The position numbers were made by a program, and so were the translations under genes. The notes under the pieces are model-generated. The model was not told where the DNA came from. It ran no database searches and saw only the letters and a list, made by a program, of their open reading frames with translations. DNA of 64,000 bases, taken from assembly GCA_963514005.1 (NCBI GenBank), contig OY740798.1, positions 20,646,001-20,710,000 of the forward strand, read 5' to 3'. The stretch comes from Raja brachyura. Taxonomy: Eukaryota. Below, piece after piece: positions 37,279 to 50,850 of the stretch. Each line of letters begins with the position of its first letter. Positions within the stretch are counted from its first letter, which is position 1.

Positions 37279-38595
37279 TAAGGAACTGCAGATGCTGGTT
37301 TACCAAAAAAAGACACAAAGTGCTGGAGTAACGTAGTGGGTCAGGCAGCACCTCAGGAGAACATGGATAGGTGACGTTTCAGGTTGGGCCGCTTCTTCTG
37401 ACAGATTGTGGATGTGCGGAGAGGGAACTGGAAGAGGTGGGAACAGGGTAAAGCCAGGCAAGTGATAGGTGGATACACGTGAGGGAGGGCAGTTTTGATA
37501 GACATGTGGTTGGACAAAGGCCAGAGATAAAGGGCAAAAGGGCGAGATAAGGATAGAAGTGCAAATTGTTAAGGAATATAGGCGAAAGGAGGGAGGGGAG
37601 AAAGGGGTGTGAATCCATATGGCACAGGGGGGGGGGGGGATAAAGAGGGGGAGGGATGTTAGTTAGCTACTTACTTGAAATTGGAGAAATCAATGTTTAT
37701 CCGGTTAGCTTATAAGCTGCCTATGATGAATATGAGGAGCTGTTCCTCCAGTTTGTGTCAGGCCTCTCTCTGACAATGAAGGAAGCCCAGGACAGAGAGG
37801 TCAGTATAAGAATGGGAATAGAAGTTAAAATGATTAGCAACTGGGAGATCCAGCAGTCCTTGGCGGATCGAACGCAAATGTTCGGCAAAATCGTCACCTA
37901 GCCTATACTTGGTCTTGGATGATGTCAGAGGAGGGGCACATGAAACCCTATTTCACCTGAAAGGGCTGCTGTGGTGTCCAGATGGATGTGAGGGGGAAAG
38001 TATAGGGATAGGTGTGACATCTCCTGCCGTTACATGGAAAAGTATCTGGAGAGGATGTAGTTTTCAGTGCAACGGGATTAATGAACATGGTAGTTGCAGA
38101 GGGAACGGTTTCTGCGAAGGCAGAAAGGGTGCAGATGGGAAGATGTGACTTTTGGCGGGATCAGGTTGAAGGTAGCGGAAATGTTGAAGAATGATGTGTT
38201 GGATGCGGAGTGAAAGGTGAGAACCTGAGGAAACTATCCTTGTTCCGTCTGGAGGGATTAGATATAAGGAGTGAACAACAGGACAGGGAGTCAGGGATCC
38301 ATCTATGAGATCAGGGGGGGTCAACCATGTTCACTAAAGAAAGAGGACATCTCAGATGTCCTAGAATAGAAGGCGTCACCTTGGGAGCAGATGCGGCAGA
38401 GACAGAGAAATTGAGAGTAGGGGATAGCACCGTTGCCAGAGGTGGATGTAGTCCAGATAATTGTGGGACTCATTGGGTTTGCAGTAGATGTCAGTCAATA
38501 GTCTGTCCCCTCAGGTGAAGACAGAGAGATCAAGAAAGAGGAGAGAGGTGTCAAAGATAGTCCAAGTGAATTGAGGGTAGGGTGGAAGTTAGTGG
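37279..38595 (-). mobile_element. Penelope-like retroelement, 5'-truncated (RT C-terminus, GIY-YIG remnants, pLTR)
   Basis: Decayed motifs LNFTWTI.DTSLLFLD, DIYCKPNESHNYLDY, IQHIILQHFRYLQ.DP..SHIFPS, TKYRLGDDFAEHLRS and EEQLLIFIIGSL, followed by the terminal repeat. Confidence 0.85.
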
Positions 38596-39084
38596 GAAGA
38601 AGGTTAATTAGTCACGAGTAGATAGAGGAAGTATTATAAATTATTATAATACATACTTACTGCAGCCAACAATTAACTTCATTACACTTGCACTTTCAAA
38701 GCAGGAAAATTAGTTCTAGGGGGTAGGGAATATGTTTGTGATATTATTTTTCTCTGATTTCACATTTTCATAACATGAAAATATGATTCTCATTTCCATT
38801 GCATTTTTCCATGCAAATAGATGAAAAGTCATTTTTTTATTTTTAAGAGCCATTTCAAAAATGTTTTGAATGTTTCTGTCAACCAGAATGTTTATGTCTG
38901 ACAGAAGGAGATGGAAAAGCACGAACAGCTGTTTCAGAGGCATCAATGGGGAACTTCAATGCAAACTTTCTGGGTGACTTTTCAGTTCTATGAATGAGGT
39001 AAGCCATTGCCATATATTGAGCTCTCCATAAGCAGCTTACTACTTAGGAAGATCAAGTATCGCTGCATTTTCCCTGTACAAACA

Positions 39085-39396
39085 CTCTCACTCACAACTT
39101 CTCATTTGACTCATCCCACTTGCTTCTTTTCAAAGGTGATGCCATGGGCACTCGTATGGCTCCTAGTTATGCCTTCCTCTTTGTAGGGTATATTCAAATC
39201 ATCCTACCTTGTGAGGCGTACACTGACCTGATCCCCAAACTCTATCTCCGCTACATTTTAAAAAATCATACCTCTCGTTTCCCTCTCCCAACTCTCAGTC
39301 CGAGGATTAGACTCGACCTGAAACGTCACCAATTCCTTCTCTCCAGAGATGCTGTCTGATCCACTGAATTACTCCAACATTTTGTGTCTATCTTCA
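39085..39396 (+). mobile_element. Penelope RT fragment fused to a pLTR
   Basis: KGDAMGTRMAPSYAFLFVGY...LYLRYI, then the terminal repeat. Confidence 0.8.
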
Positions 39397-41087
39397 TAGC
39401 ATTTTTTTTAGGCTTGATGCCAGCTTTAAGATGGAATGCATCTTTTGCAGCCACAGCAGAAATGTTCTTCAAAACCACACACTAAGGAGCGAGAATAAAT
39501 CTACAAGATCCGGCAGCTTATGAGTGTGGCTGTAGAGAATCGAGTGGAAAATTCAGAAAAGAGGGCTTCTTCTCCAATGACATATGGACACCAAGACAAA
39601 TCAATGCATATACATGTTGAAAAGTTGGCATGAGTGAAGGTAATCAGCATTTACTGATTACCTCGAGGACCTACTGGATATGGCTGTATTCAGCATCAAT
39701 TGTGGTCTCATAAATGACCCCATCAAAAGTCTGTCCATTGCGTCTTTCTGCACAGCCCTGCAGTTGTGTATCATTGAATCTGTGCTATCAATCCTCTCCA
39801 TACCCACTTGCCATGGCTGTTGATAAGTTAGCATTGACGTCTTCATTGCACCTCATCTCTGCTGCCACTATCCTCACAGCTACATCTCAATTGTAATTCA
39901 TATAGATGAATTTATAAAATTGCACAAAAAGACAAGTTTTGACAAATCTAGCATTGAAAGAAACCCCGGTACTTCCTTCAATCCAGTAAAGTCCTTTGCT
40001 TTTATTTGGGTTCTCCTGACTGTCTAGCATAACTCCTAAAAAAAACATGTGAATAATCGAAAAGCAGCATAAGCATGTATTGAGGGATTTTGGGTCTCTT
40101 GTGAAATTGTGAAATCTCCCGTATGAACAAGGAAGCTAAAATATTTTATCATATATCTTTAAATATTATAATTGAATTATTACTAAGGTTCTATTTGTGA
40201 CACCAATAGTCAACTCGCTCTCCCACCTTTGAGGGGGTAACCTGAAACAAACCATTATCAATACTCTACAATTAGTTCCTTTTAACCAGGAACAAAATTA
40301 TATTTTTATGATCCAAACACTATGACTTTATTCTTTCAATTTTACTTTGGCCTGGGATAATGCATCCTGGTACAAATAAGTGAAATAGTTATTTCACTAT
40401 TTTTTAATCACTCTAATAAATTAAGTAATAATTTGAAGACATTTTAATTTAGAAAATGGCTCAAATGTTCAAACCTTTTAACCAATTGTGATTTGATTAA
40501 AACTCCATTGAGAGAAAAATGTGTTTCTATGACCTGTTGACATTATATCTTCTTCAAAAATAATAAGACTCAAAATGAACTCAAAAATAATAAGACCTTT
40601 GTTTTATAAGGCAGGTCGATTGCATCACTGAGAGTCGGTATGTGGAAAAGGTAAATCTTTGCCAAGTGGTTTTCTTGGCATTGATGATACCATGGCAAAT
40701 TGCTGAGTCATAACAGGCAGTAAATACACCAAGCAGTGCATTGTTCAACATGCCATCCAGTGAATAAAACTACTTTGTGTTGTACATTATTCATAGAGTA
40801 GATCAAATTGGTAGATGGAATGAGGATACTAAAAGGAATTGAAGGAGGCAGACAAAATTACATATGGAACTTAATGAAATACAACGCTGGGCTAACGTGG
40901 AAAGTTACCATATATAAACATTCCCAAACAAGTCAGGTTGATAATGCAGAAACACGAGTCTTAGTTAGTTCAATGTACAACTGAGACAAAACTGAGAAAA
41001 ACGTAGAAGATAAAGTGGAAGAAACTTGGTAGATAAAGTGGTTGAATCTGAGATTCAACTTGGAAGATAAAGCAGAAGAAGCCGCAA

Positions 41088-44000
41088 TTTTACTTCGGAG
41101 TCACGTGAGTGACTACGTGAAGAAGCCCCGCCTGGCGCATGATCGGCATTACATTGACGCTGTCGGTAGGGAAAGAGCTGCAGAGCGCAGCTCCACCAGC
41201 GGTAAGGAACAGGCCCGCAGCTAAGTGGATTAAATTATTTTCAGGGCATTTTTCAAACTCCGTGACGCTGGCGTGCAAAGCCAGGAGGAGTTTGAAAGTA
41301 AAATGGAGAAAACTCCGAAAAAATCAGGTTAAACGTGCATTCCGAGTACAAGCACAGCGATCGGGACGGCAGATTAGTGCGGAGCCGGTTCCGATACCGG
41401 TGGCCGCTGAATGACCCGTTAGTGAGCCTTTAGTCACACCACAACCAGAAACCACGGAAGAATCTCCAGTGGGGAGAAAAGTAAAGAAAGTCTGAGAGGC
41501 CCGTGGTTTCAAATTATTATAATAATGAAAGTCCTCCAGACAGGAAAGCCATGTGGCTGAAAATGGATTAAATGGAGAAATACTCCAGATTATTATCAAC
41601 CAAGGGTCTAAAGAACCCAGAATATTCCCAGGCAGGCCCTGAGGGGTTTCCATATCAAGAATATGGTGCCTTACCAATGTGGGAATATGAACCTCCAGAG
41701 CCAAAGTCAAAAGTCAAAAGAGTTTATTGTCATGTGTCCCTGACAGGACAATGAAAATCTTTCTTTGCATAGCACAACAGAACATAGAAGGCATTGACTA
41801 CAATTCTATACATAAATACTCCCATGACGTAATAAATTAATAAAGTGCAAATAGCAGATGGAGGGATATTAATGTTCAGAGTTCCGAGCTAGGTTTAATA
41901 GCCTGATGGCTGTGGGGAAGTAGCTATTCCTAAACTGGGTTGTTGCAGTCTTCAGGCTCCTGTACCTTCTACCCGAAGGTAGCAGGGAGATGAGTGTGTG
42001 GCTAGGGTGGTGTGGGTCTTTGATGATGCTGCCAGCCTTTTTGAAGCAGCGACTGTGATAAATCGATGGAAGGAAGGTCAGAGCCGATGATGGACTGGGC
42101 AGTGTTTACTACTTTTTGGAGTCTTTTCCTCTCCAGGGCGCTCAAGTTGCCGAACCAAGCCATGATGCAACCAGTCAGCAAGCTCTCTACTGTACACCTG
42201 TAGAAGTTAGAGAGAGTCCTCCTTGACAGACCAACTCACCGTAATCTTCTCAGGAAGTAGAGGAGCTGATGAGCTTTCTTAATAATTTCATCTGTGTTCT
42301 CGGACCAGGAACGATCTTCACAGATGTGCATGCCCAACGAATTTAAATCTCTTGACCCTTTCAACCATCGACCCGTTGATATAAACAGAACTGTGGGTCC
42401 CCATCCTACTCCCCATCCTACTCCCCATCCCCAGCCTCGGATTGGGCTGGAGGTAGTCTCCTTGAGCAAGTCTCAGGAGTACCAGGGCAGCAGGAGACTG
42501 ACCCTGAAAGTGGTGATTTTGGTCATGAGTACCCACCACAGCACAAGAATATAAATCCAGGTGTACTTGATGTGGCACAAAGTGCTATACCTGAAGGAAG
42601 CGGTGAGGCCATGGAAGGTAACCTTGGTGGCCAACATTAATTGGTTTCTCACCAGCTTCAGGAGGTTGTTATGGTTGAAACAGCAGAATTATATGAAACA
42701 TCTGTGAATTGTGCTTCACTAAGGGTGCCAACGGTAAATCCGACTATTTGGGCACCCATGTCTTCAATAGTGCAGGAAATACGATTCCAAAGAATTTCAA
42801 GCTTATTGCGGGTGGCATCACTGCTTTTGGGGAGCAAGTGGAAGGATGTACAATGACCAAAATTCAAAAAGATATGTTGGCATTGTTTTGTAACTCATAC
42901 TTTGAGTCAATTGTATGAGAATAATCGCCATTCGGCCCATACTGCACCCTAGATTTGCAGGTCTGTGCAGATCAAACAATATTCAAACTCCTGGGTATTT
43001 ATTCAAAGAAAACTTGCCTAAACAAATCAAAGAAATTGATGAAGAGGCAGACTATCAGCCTTATGAAACCTTTCATATTTGGTCAAAGAAGATCTGGTTC
43101 AATGAGAAGGGGATTTGATTATGAAGCAGAGGCAGGAGTATGGCGAGGAGGTATTATTGCCCATCACAGCCTAATGTAAACCCATATGTTGGGGAAAGGA
43201 GACCATCATGTGCATTTGGAGGTACAAAAACTTCATTCTATCACAGAGGAATCTTTTGGTGTGCCACCGATTGGTGGTAGATTACAATTGTTTTATGATG
43301 AATGGTGCTGCATAACATCTGATCGGTTTATATTAGATACTGTGTCAGGATCTACAATAGAATTTGTAGAAGAAATTGATCCACCTGTACAGAATAAACC
43401 TAATCGTATTTTGGTGTTTTCTGCACCTGAAAAATCTCAGATAAAAAAGAGGTAAAAATTTTATTTGAAAAAGGAGTAATTGAAAATACGGTTAATAATC
43501 CACAACAATTTGTGTCAAATATTTTCCCCAGGCAAAAAAAGATGGGTGTGGTAGAGTCATTCTGGACCTCACACACTTTAATACATTTGTCCAGTATAAG
43601 CATTTCAAAAAGGATACCTTCAACACTGCAAGGCAGTTGTTATCAACAGGTTGTTACATGGCTACTATAGAATTGAAAGATGCGTATTATTCATCAATTC
43701 ATCATCATTTTCGCAGGTATTTGAAGTTTAATTGGATGGGTCAGCTGTGGCAATATAAGGCATCACCTAATGGATAAGCTCAGCTTCTAGACTGTTCACA
43801 AAATTGTTGAAACCAGTACTTGCACTGGTAAGGGCACAAAAACACATTGTCATGGCTTATCTTGATGACATTTTAATTGTCAATGCTAATCAGGAATCAG
43901 CGGAAAAATCAGTTTCAGCAACTATAAGCATGTTGAAAGGCTAGGTTTTCTGATCCATCCAACAAAATTTAAGCTGCAGCCATCCCAAACAATTGACTAT

Positions 44001-46512
44001 TTGGGGTTTATGATTAATTCAGTTACTATGTCAGTAACTTTACCAATGGAGAAAGTTGTCAATATTACAAATGTGTGTCGTTGCCTTGTTGACAAATCTT
44101 ATCCCTCCATCCGAGAAGTAGCTAAGGCTATTGGTAATTAGTAGCAGCATTTCCTGCAGTCGAGTTGGTCCCCTGCATCATCAAAACCTTCAAAGGGCAA
44201 AAACACAAGCACTAAAAGAACGGGCAGGCCCATGCAATTACAAACGGAAGTTTTATCCGAATTACAGTGGTGGATTGAGAATGTTCCACAAGCTGCTAAA
44301 AACATATTTGTTCAGCAACCAGTAGTGGTTTTGCAAACTGATGTCAGTGTTCTCGGATGGGGGGGGCTACGGACAATGACACCAGCTGTGGTGGCAGATG
44401 GACTATCCAAGAGGACTTATTTCTCCAGACATATGGTATTAATTATTTGGAGTTATTTGGAGTATTTTATGGATTGAAAGCTTATTGTTCTATTATGAAG
44501 GATTTGCATGTCCAATTACAAGTAGACAATACCACAGCTGTGGCATATATCAAACACATGGGTGGAGGAAGATCATTATTATGTGATTATCTGGTTAACC
44601 AGATGTGGCATTGGTGTATTTCTAAGAATATTTGGTTTTCAGCTATCTATCTCACAGGGAGAGACAATATTGTGGCAGACAACAGATCACGAAAATTTAA
44701 AGACAATACAGTATGGATGTTAAATCCACAAGTTTTCAAAAACATTGTCAGTCGATATGGATTACCAGACATTGATCTGTTTGCATCTAGATTAAATCAC
44801 CAATTGCCCAAATACGTCTCATGGAAACCTGACCCAGGAGCAGTAGCGGTGGATGCATTCTCGCTATATTGGTGGAATATGTTCTTTTATGCTTTTTCCC
44901 CATTCTGTCTGATTAGGCTATGTCATGAAAATAGAGCAAGACTCTGCCATGGGTGCTTTGGGGGTCCAAACTGGCCTACACAGTCATGGTTCTCATTGAT
45001 GCTTAGAATGATAACTGAACCATGTATGACGATTCCTAGCTGCAGTAATTTGTTGGTACAACCAGTAACAAAAGAAATTCATCCATTGCATGATAATATG
45101 AATTTGTTAATCTGCAGGTTCTGACCAGACCATTACAAGGGCTTCGACTGTCGGATAGGACCATGGATGTTATAACAGCAGCTTGGAGAAATAGCACTAA
45201 AAAACAATATATGTCTTATATAAAGAAATTGGAAGTCTTTTGTAGACAGTCAAATATATCTTATCATACTGCAAACATATCAGATGTATTGGAGTTCCTT
45301 GCTGGATTGCATTTTGATCAGCACTTAAGCTATAGTGCCATTAATAGTGCTCGTAGTGCTTATCGTCCTATTTAGGACAAATTGCTGACCATGAATCTAT
45401 CGGGTCACATCCATTAATATCCCGATTTATGAAAGGAATTTTAATAAAAATCCTCCCAAACGCAGATATACAGAAATTTGGGATGCCAGCATATTTCTTA
45501 CTTTGCTTAGGCAATGGGCTCCAATTACGTCAATGTCTTTTCAGAAGTTAACATTTAAAGTAGTAATGGTCATGGCATTAGTATCAGCACAAAGAGTGCA
45601 AACGTTGCAAATGTTACGTTTAGATTGTATGCATTTGGCAACAGATAACATTGTCTTTTATGTTTATGATTTAATCAAACAAAGCAGTTCAGGAAGAGCT
45701 GGAACCAAGGTAAATTTTAAAGCATACCCTGTCAACCAAACATTGCGTGCGGTAAGCATTTGACTCGATCTATTGAAGTAACCAAGAGACTCCATGGTGG
45801 TGAGACAGCGCTACTTATTACACACAAAAAAACACATAAAAAGTATCAGTACAAACCATTTCTAGATGGTTAAAAAATGTTTGGATTTAGCAGTAGACAT
45901 TGATGTATTTAAATCTCACTGCACCAGGCAGCCACATCCGCGGCGAAGGCACAGGACATGCCACTCGACCAAATTTTAGAGGTCGCAGGATGGTGTAAGA
46001 AGAAACTTTTTCAAAGTTTTACGATAAACCTGTTCTCACGGTGCCTGGGTTTGGACACGCAGTGTTGGGTTCTCTTTGATTGTTTGCTTTGTTTTATATT
46101 GTCGATTTATATTATCGATTTATATCTTTGGTTGTAAATCTTCCCCTAGGATAGAGGGGTTATTATTTTGTTCTTTTATCATTAAAAGACATTACATAAA
46201 CTGAAGCAATGTTTTAAAAAATATATTATTTACTCACTACTTTGATCTTTATTTTATGAGGAGTTACTATGAGGGATTACGTGCCCTCTGCTCCCAACCC
46301 TCATAATATAAATGATCATCTGGTAGTTCTAATCTTTGTGAGCCTTACTATCTTACTCCGGCTATTGGTTCTCTATTGGTTTTTCACGCCGCTGCTTTGA
46401 AGTATGCCGATCATGCGCCTAGCGCGGCTTCTTCACGTAATCCCTCATCGTAAATCCTCATAAAATAAAGATCAAACTTCGACCAGGTAAGTTCTCGTTT
46501 AATCATACTATT
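41088..46512 (+). mobile_element. DIRS1-type tyrosine-recombinase retrotransposon, full-length but decayed
   Basis: Gag-like region, RT (YLDD at 43858-69), RNase H (INYLEL, VDNTTAVAY, NIVAD), methyltransferase-like domain (DIDLFAS...DAF...YAFSPF) and YR (SYSAINSARSA, SAQRVQTL, HCTR at 45917-28). Inverted terminal repeat 41114-41149 / 46404-46439 (33/36). Internal complementary region 46241-46283 / 46434-46476 (41/43). Confidence 0.92.
41703..42400 (-). mobile_element. Rex1/Babar LINE 3' end nested in the DIRS gag region
   Basis: YINGSMVERVKRFKF / HICEDRSWSENTDEIIKKAHQLLYFLRRLR. AATAAA and a (TTTTGAC)n tail at about 41703-41728. Confidence 0.8.
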
Positions 46513-46869
46513 AAACACTATCTACTAATAGTCACCAAGAAACGAGCAAATTGAGAACAGGAGAAAAAAGTTAGTTTAATTCTTTGCGGTAACTCTTCTA
46601 GGTTATGAGGAATGTTTAAGCAAGTGACACAAATTTTCAGCTGGTAATTTTCTGCTTGAATGATATTTAAGAGGAAAGTACATATATAGAGTATGGAAAA
46701 ATGTACTGAGGAATAATACTTTTAAAATAAGAGAGTAAGGCATTCATATTTTCTCATGTTTACTTCCATTGCAGAAAGAGGACATTCAGCCCACTGAGCC
46801 AGGGCAATTCTCAGAGCAATCCTATTTACTTTCCTGTAACATATTCCAAAATGAGGCCCTTAGGCCATC

Positions 46870-47960
46870 AACCACATGTCAACCATCAAGTACCGAGCTA
46901 TATTTACCAGCAATTGGTGATTCAAGTTTTACCAAACGCCTTCTTGACCACCCTATCTACCTGTGATGCCACTTTCAAGAAACTATATACCTGCATTCTT
47001 AGATCCCTCGTCATTCCCAGTGAAGGTCTTGCCCTGGTTTGACTTCCCAAATGCAACACCTCACAGTTATCTGCATTAAAGTCCATCAACCATTCCCCCA
47101 ACTACTTGCCCAGCTGGTCAAGATCCTGCTGTAGTATTTGATAACCCTTTTTGTTGTCTACAATGCCACCCACTTCAGTGTCATCTGCAAACTTACGAAT
47201 CATGCCTTTCACATTCTCATCCAAATTGTTGCTATAAACCACACACAGCAATGGGTCCAGAGGGGATCCCCAGAGGAACTCCAATAATCATAGGCCTCCA
47301 ATCCGAAAAATAACCTTCCACCGTCTCCTTCTGCATCTTTCCATGAAGTCAATTCTCTATCCAGACACCTTGCGCTCCCAGGATCGCACACAATCCAACC
47401 TTCCAGAGCAGCCTACCATGCGGAACCTTATTAAATGCCTTGCTGAAGTCCATGTAGACAATGTTTTGCCCTCATCAACTTTTTTGGTTACTTCTCCAAA
47501 AAACTCAAGTGAGATTTTGAAGACATGATCTCTTGTGTACTAACCCATGCTGACTATTCCTCATTAGCCCATCTATCCAGATGCATATATACCTTATCCC
47601 TCAGAGTACTCTCCAGTATTTGCCTACCACAAGTGTTGGGCTCACTGGTCTTTAGTTCCCAGTCTTTTCTTTTCAGCCCTTCTCAAATAGAGGCACAACA
47701 TTAACCACCCTCCAAATTTCATGCATGTCTAATGATGATTTATTTATCTCAGCCAGGGCAGTTTCTCAGAAACCTGCAATTTCTTCTCTAGCCTCCTAGT
47801 GTGCGCAGATATATCTGATCAGGCCCAGGAGATTTATCTACCTTCATACTCCTCAGGATGTCCAGCACCTCCTAAACCTCCTCAGTCCATCTCCATTAAT
47901 TGACCCAGTTTCCCAGTCTCCATGTCTTTCTCCATGGCAAAAACTGAGGAGAAATACACC
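46870..47960 (-). mobile_element. CR1 LINE RT fragment
   Basis: NLDENVKGMIRKFADDTEVGG...LQQDLDQL. Confidence 0.85.
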
Positions 47961-48438
47961 TCTGCCTCCATTTCCTCTTACATACCCATAAATCTCCTCA
48001 CCACCAACTCCTGCCCCATTCTTCACTAAAGCTGGGCAATTTCAAAATCCCAGTTTATTTAAAATTCATTGGTTTTGAAAGACTTGGTGAAGGTCACATT
48101 TAGATTGGACTCAGTCGATCACTAAGCTATAAAATCCAGTACCCAAGCAATAAGAACTGTAAAAACAAAGGAATTGGTAGGAGTTTTTACGGGCCAAATC
48201 AAACAGCCTTATCATTATCTCACTATTATTCAGATGTCCAAATTAAAAGTGCCATTTCACAGCACGGAGTTATTAAGAGTTGAAATCCAATTAAAGTTAC
48301 AGCAAAGCAACCTTATACAAGTAATTTATTTACATAAATATCACACAGACCATTTGGTGTTACAGAACAACAGCTACTTGGGTCCACGTGAGAAGTGATA
48401 TTACTCAGAGCCTTCCCTAAGATTCAGCTGTGTTCTAT

Positions 48439-48606
48439 TCACTTTGTCTCAGGCTTTTTTTCTCCAGCGTCAAGTTTTGGTAATTCAACCGGCTCACGAT
48501 GTGCTGGGAAAGTTTCCCACGGGCTATTGAGGTCAAATTTGCGGAATTCCTGGGCTAGTTCAACTGGCTCAGCAACCACACGTTTGACTTCATCATCATA
48601 ACGTAC
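48439..48606 (-). CDS. NDUFS3: NADH:ubiquinone oxidoreductase core subunit S3, exon 7
   Basis: [34 protein letters not shown]...ETK*. PolyA signal AATAAA at 48330-25. The seven exons sum to 786 nt, i.e. 261 aa plus stop. Confidence 0.97.
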   Translation of the reverse strand, partial: VRYDDEVKRVVAEPVELAQEFRKFDLNSPWETFPAHREPVELPKLDAGEKKPETK

Positions 48607-49357
48607 CTGGAAGAAAAGGAAACAAGTAATATCAGTGACATACTTCATGAGATCGAACAATTAACATTGGTGTTTAATTATTTCTAAATAGCTGATGTGC
48701 TTGCATTGCAGATTTTTAGAACATAGAATGTACTGCACAGAAATGGGCCCTTAGGCCCACAATGTTTGTGCCGAACTTGGTGCCAAATTAAACCAAATCT
48801 CATCTGCCTGTACATGATCCATATTCCTCTATTCCTTGCACTTGCGTATCTAAAAGCCTCTGATCTTCCTCCACCATCACCTCAGGCAATGCCTTCCAGG
48901 CCCCCAACACTGTGTACAAAACTTGACATGTATATCTTCAGTAAACGTTTCCCCTCTCACCTTACAGCTATGAGCTCCAGTGTTGGACATTTTTACCCTG
49001 GGTAAAAGGCTCTAGCTGTCCACCCTGTTTATGCCTCTCATGATTGTATATACTTCTATCAAGTCTCCCCTCAACCTCAGACCTTCCAGAGAGCACAATC
49101 CAAGTTTATCCAACTCTCCTTGTACCTGAAAGCCTCTAAATAAGGCAGCATTTTGCTAAACTTCCTCTGCACCCTCTTCAAAACCTCCACATCCTTCCTG
49201 TCACGTAGCGACAGAACTGCAGGCAATACTCCAAATACTGCACGCAATACTCAATACTTTTTTCAGAAATTTCAGGAGCAGGGTGAATGGTAGAGAAAAA
49301 CAAAACTCAATTTAAAAAAATTGCTAGCTGCACTATTGAAGACACCAGATGTTATAC

Positions 49358-49477
49358 CTCCACATAGCCAGACAGTGGAAAATCTTTGCGGAAAGGATGG
49401 CCTTCAAATCCATAGTCTGTGAGAATCCGTCTCAGGTCTGGATGGTTAGTGAAGAATACACCATACATATCCCACAT
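49358..49477 (-). CDS. NDUFS3: NDUFS3 exon 6 (120 nt)
   Basis: [40 protein letters not shown], bounded by AG/GT. Confidence 0.97.
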
Positions 49478-50478
49478 CTGGAATGAATAGTAGAAATTTG
49501 TAATTTAATTATAAAATTTAAATTGCAGACTTAATTTGTGCATTCAACCTACAAAATATAAAATTATCTATTGGATAAAATTTTAGTCATAAATTATAAA
49601 ACCATACATAATAAATACATTACTTAAATGTCACTTCTGAATTAGATCATTTATTGTATCTTGACTTAATCTAATGTCCTATTTTCCGTGTTTGTATCCC
49701 AAAGCGCAGTAGAGTTGTTTTAAATCGTATTATTAATTGTGTGGCTGCTTTTGGAAAACAAGCATCTTACGACAGTTAAGTCCAGTTCAACCCTAAAAGC
49801 CTAGTTTTTCACTTAGAATTCAAATTTTAACAAATCAATGAAGTAAAAGTCACCCAGTTTATCAAATCTGCTCTTTCCAGATAAATTAAGAGCCATCAAA
49901 GGCTGGATTCCCCAAAAACTTATGCCATAACTCAAATTAAAAATTCAAATCTGTACTGCTGACATCCACAAGCAACTTTCCTCCACCAAATTAGATAGCC
50001 ACCCTGAATTTATACACACAACCTTCAATTGGTATTCATTACTACGTACAAAGTAGTTCAGCAAGTTCTATAAAAAAAGTAAATCATTTAAATAACATCT
50101 CTCGTCAGAACAGGTAAGAAGTCCCATTGCGACTGGAGTCTACCTTTGTTTTTTAGACATTTAACGATAAAGCAATGATTTGTAGTTTTCTTCATTCTGA
50201 TCTCCAATCCTGCCTTCAACTAGCTACCTAAAGCCTTGTTTTCATATTCAATTAAATGAATAATCTACCCTCATTAAGAATAGGCTGTCAGAAAGTTGTT
50301 GAATCTCTTCTTTGCCGGTCCATCAGATTCTGTCAACAAGCTCTAGCCTCCGATATCTAATATTGCTCTGCTCTTAGTTCAATTATCTACCACTCCTTAA
50401 GGTTACATCCCTCCAAGCATTGCACTTTGCTTTGGCTTTCCAGGAGGCAAACTATTAATAAACAAAATAATTCAGGTC

Positions 50479-50618
50479 TTCTCCTTGCATATGGCGTGCA
50501 CAGCCTAAAGTTGTAGGACAACTTGTTCTATTTGATCTTATTTGATTATGCACGCCAGGTTGGTTGCATTCATTGAAACAGGGCGGACCACGTGAAGGTT
50601 GCAACCTCCCACCTCAAG
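50479..50618 (-). mobile_element. Short SINE-like retroelement, copy 2
   Basis: 10-bp TSD AATTCAGGTC (50469-78 and 50619-28). Homologous to 35310-35443. Confidence 0.8.
50562..50615 (-). ncRNA. Minimal HDV-like ribozyme motif (degenerate copy)
   Basis: P1 GAGGTGG/CCGCCCT, P2 GGTTGCA/TGCAACC, P3 ACC/GGT, L3 TTCACGT. J4/2 is TGAA, so the catalytic C is replaced by T. Confidence 0.65.
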
Positions 50619-50724
50619 AATTCAGGTCAGCCTATATTCATGGTGAGAGCAACAAAAACAATGTTTCAGATCAATGCCGTTTGCCTGAACTGGGAAAAAA
50701 AATCATTGTATTGCTTCAGCTCAC

Positions 50725-50850
50725 CTCTCTTTCATACCAGTTTGCAGCTTGAAACACAGGTACTAAGGAATCCAACGGCGTCAACTCATCAGTGTAAGTT
50801 TTCACACGTATGCGAGAATTAAACCTCAGCGAAAGCATGTTATATACAAC
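50725..50850 (-). CDS. NDUFS3: NDUFS3 exon 5 (126 nt)
   Basis: [42 protein letters not shown]. Confidence 0.97.

Noticed and set aside
44357-45124. Stand-alone host gene or bacterial methyltransferase
   Set aside because: It is the RNase H/methyltransferase-like part of the DIRS pol, flanked by RT and YR remnants.
21000-49000. Relic RAG-transposon TIR upstream of RAG1
   Set aside because: The CACTGTG heptamers I noticed (35181, about 35273, 48908) have no nonamer-like T-tract at 12 or 23 bp. The search was by eye only.
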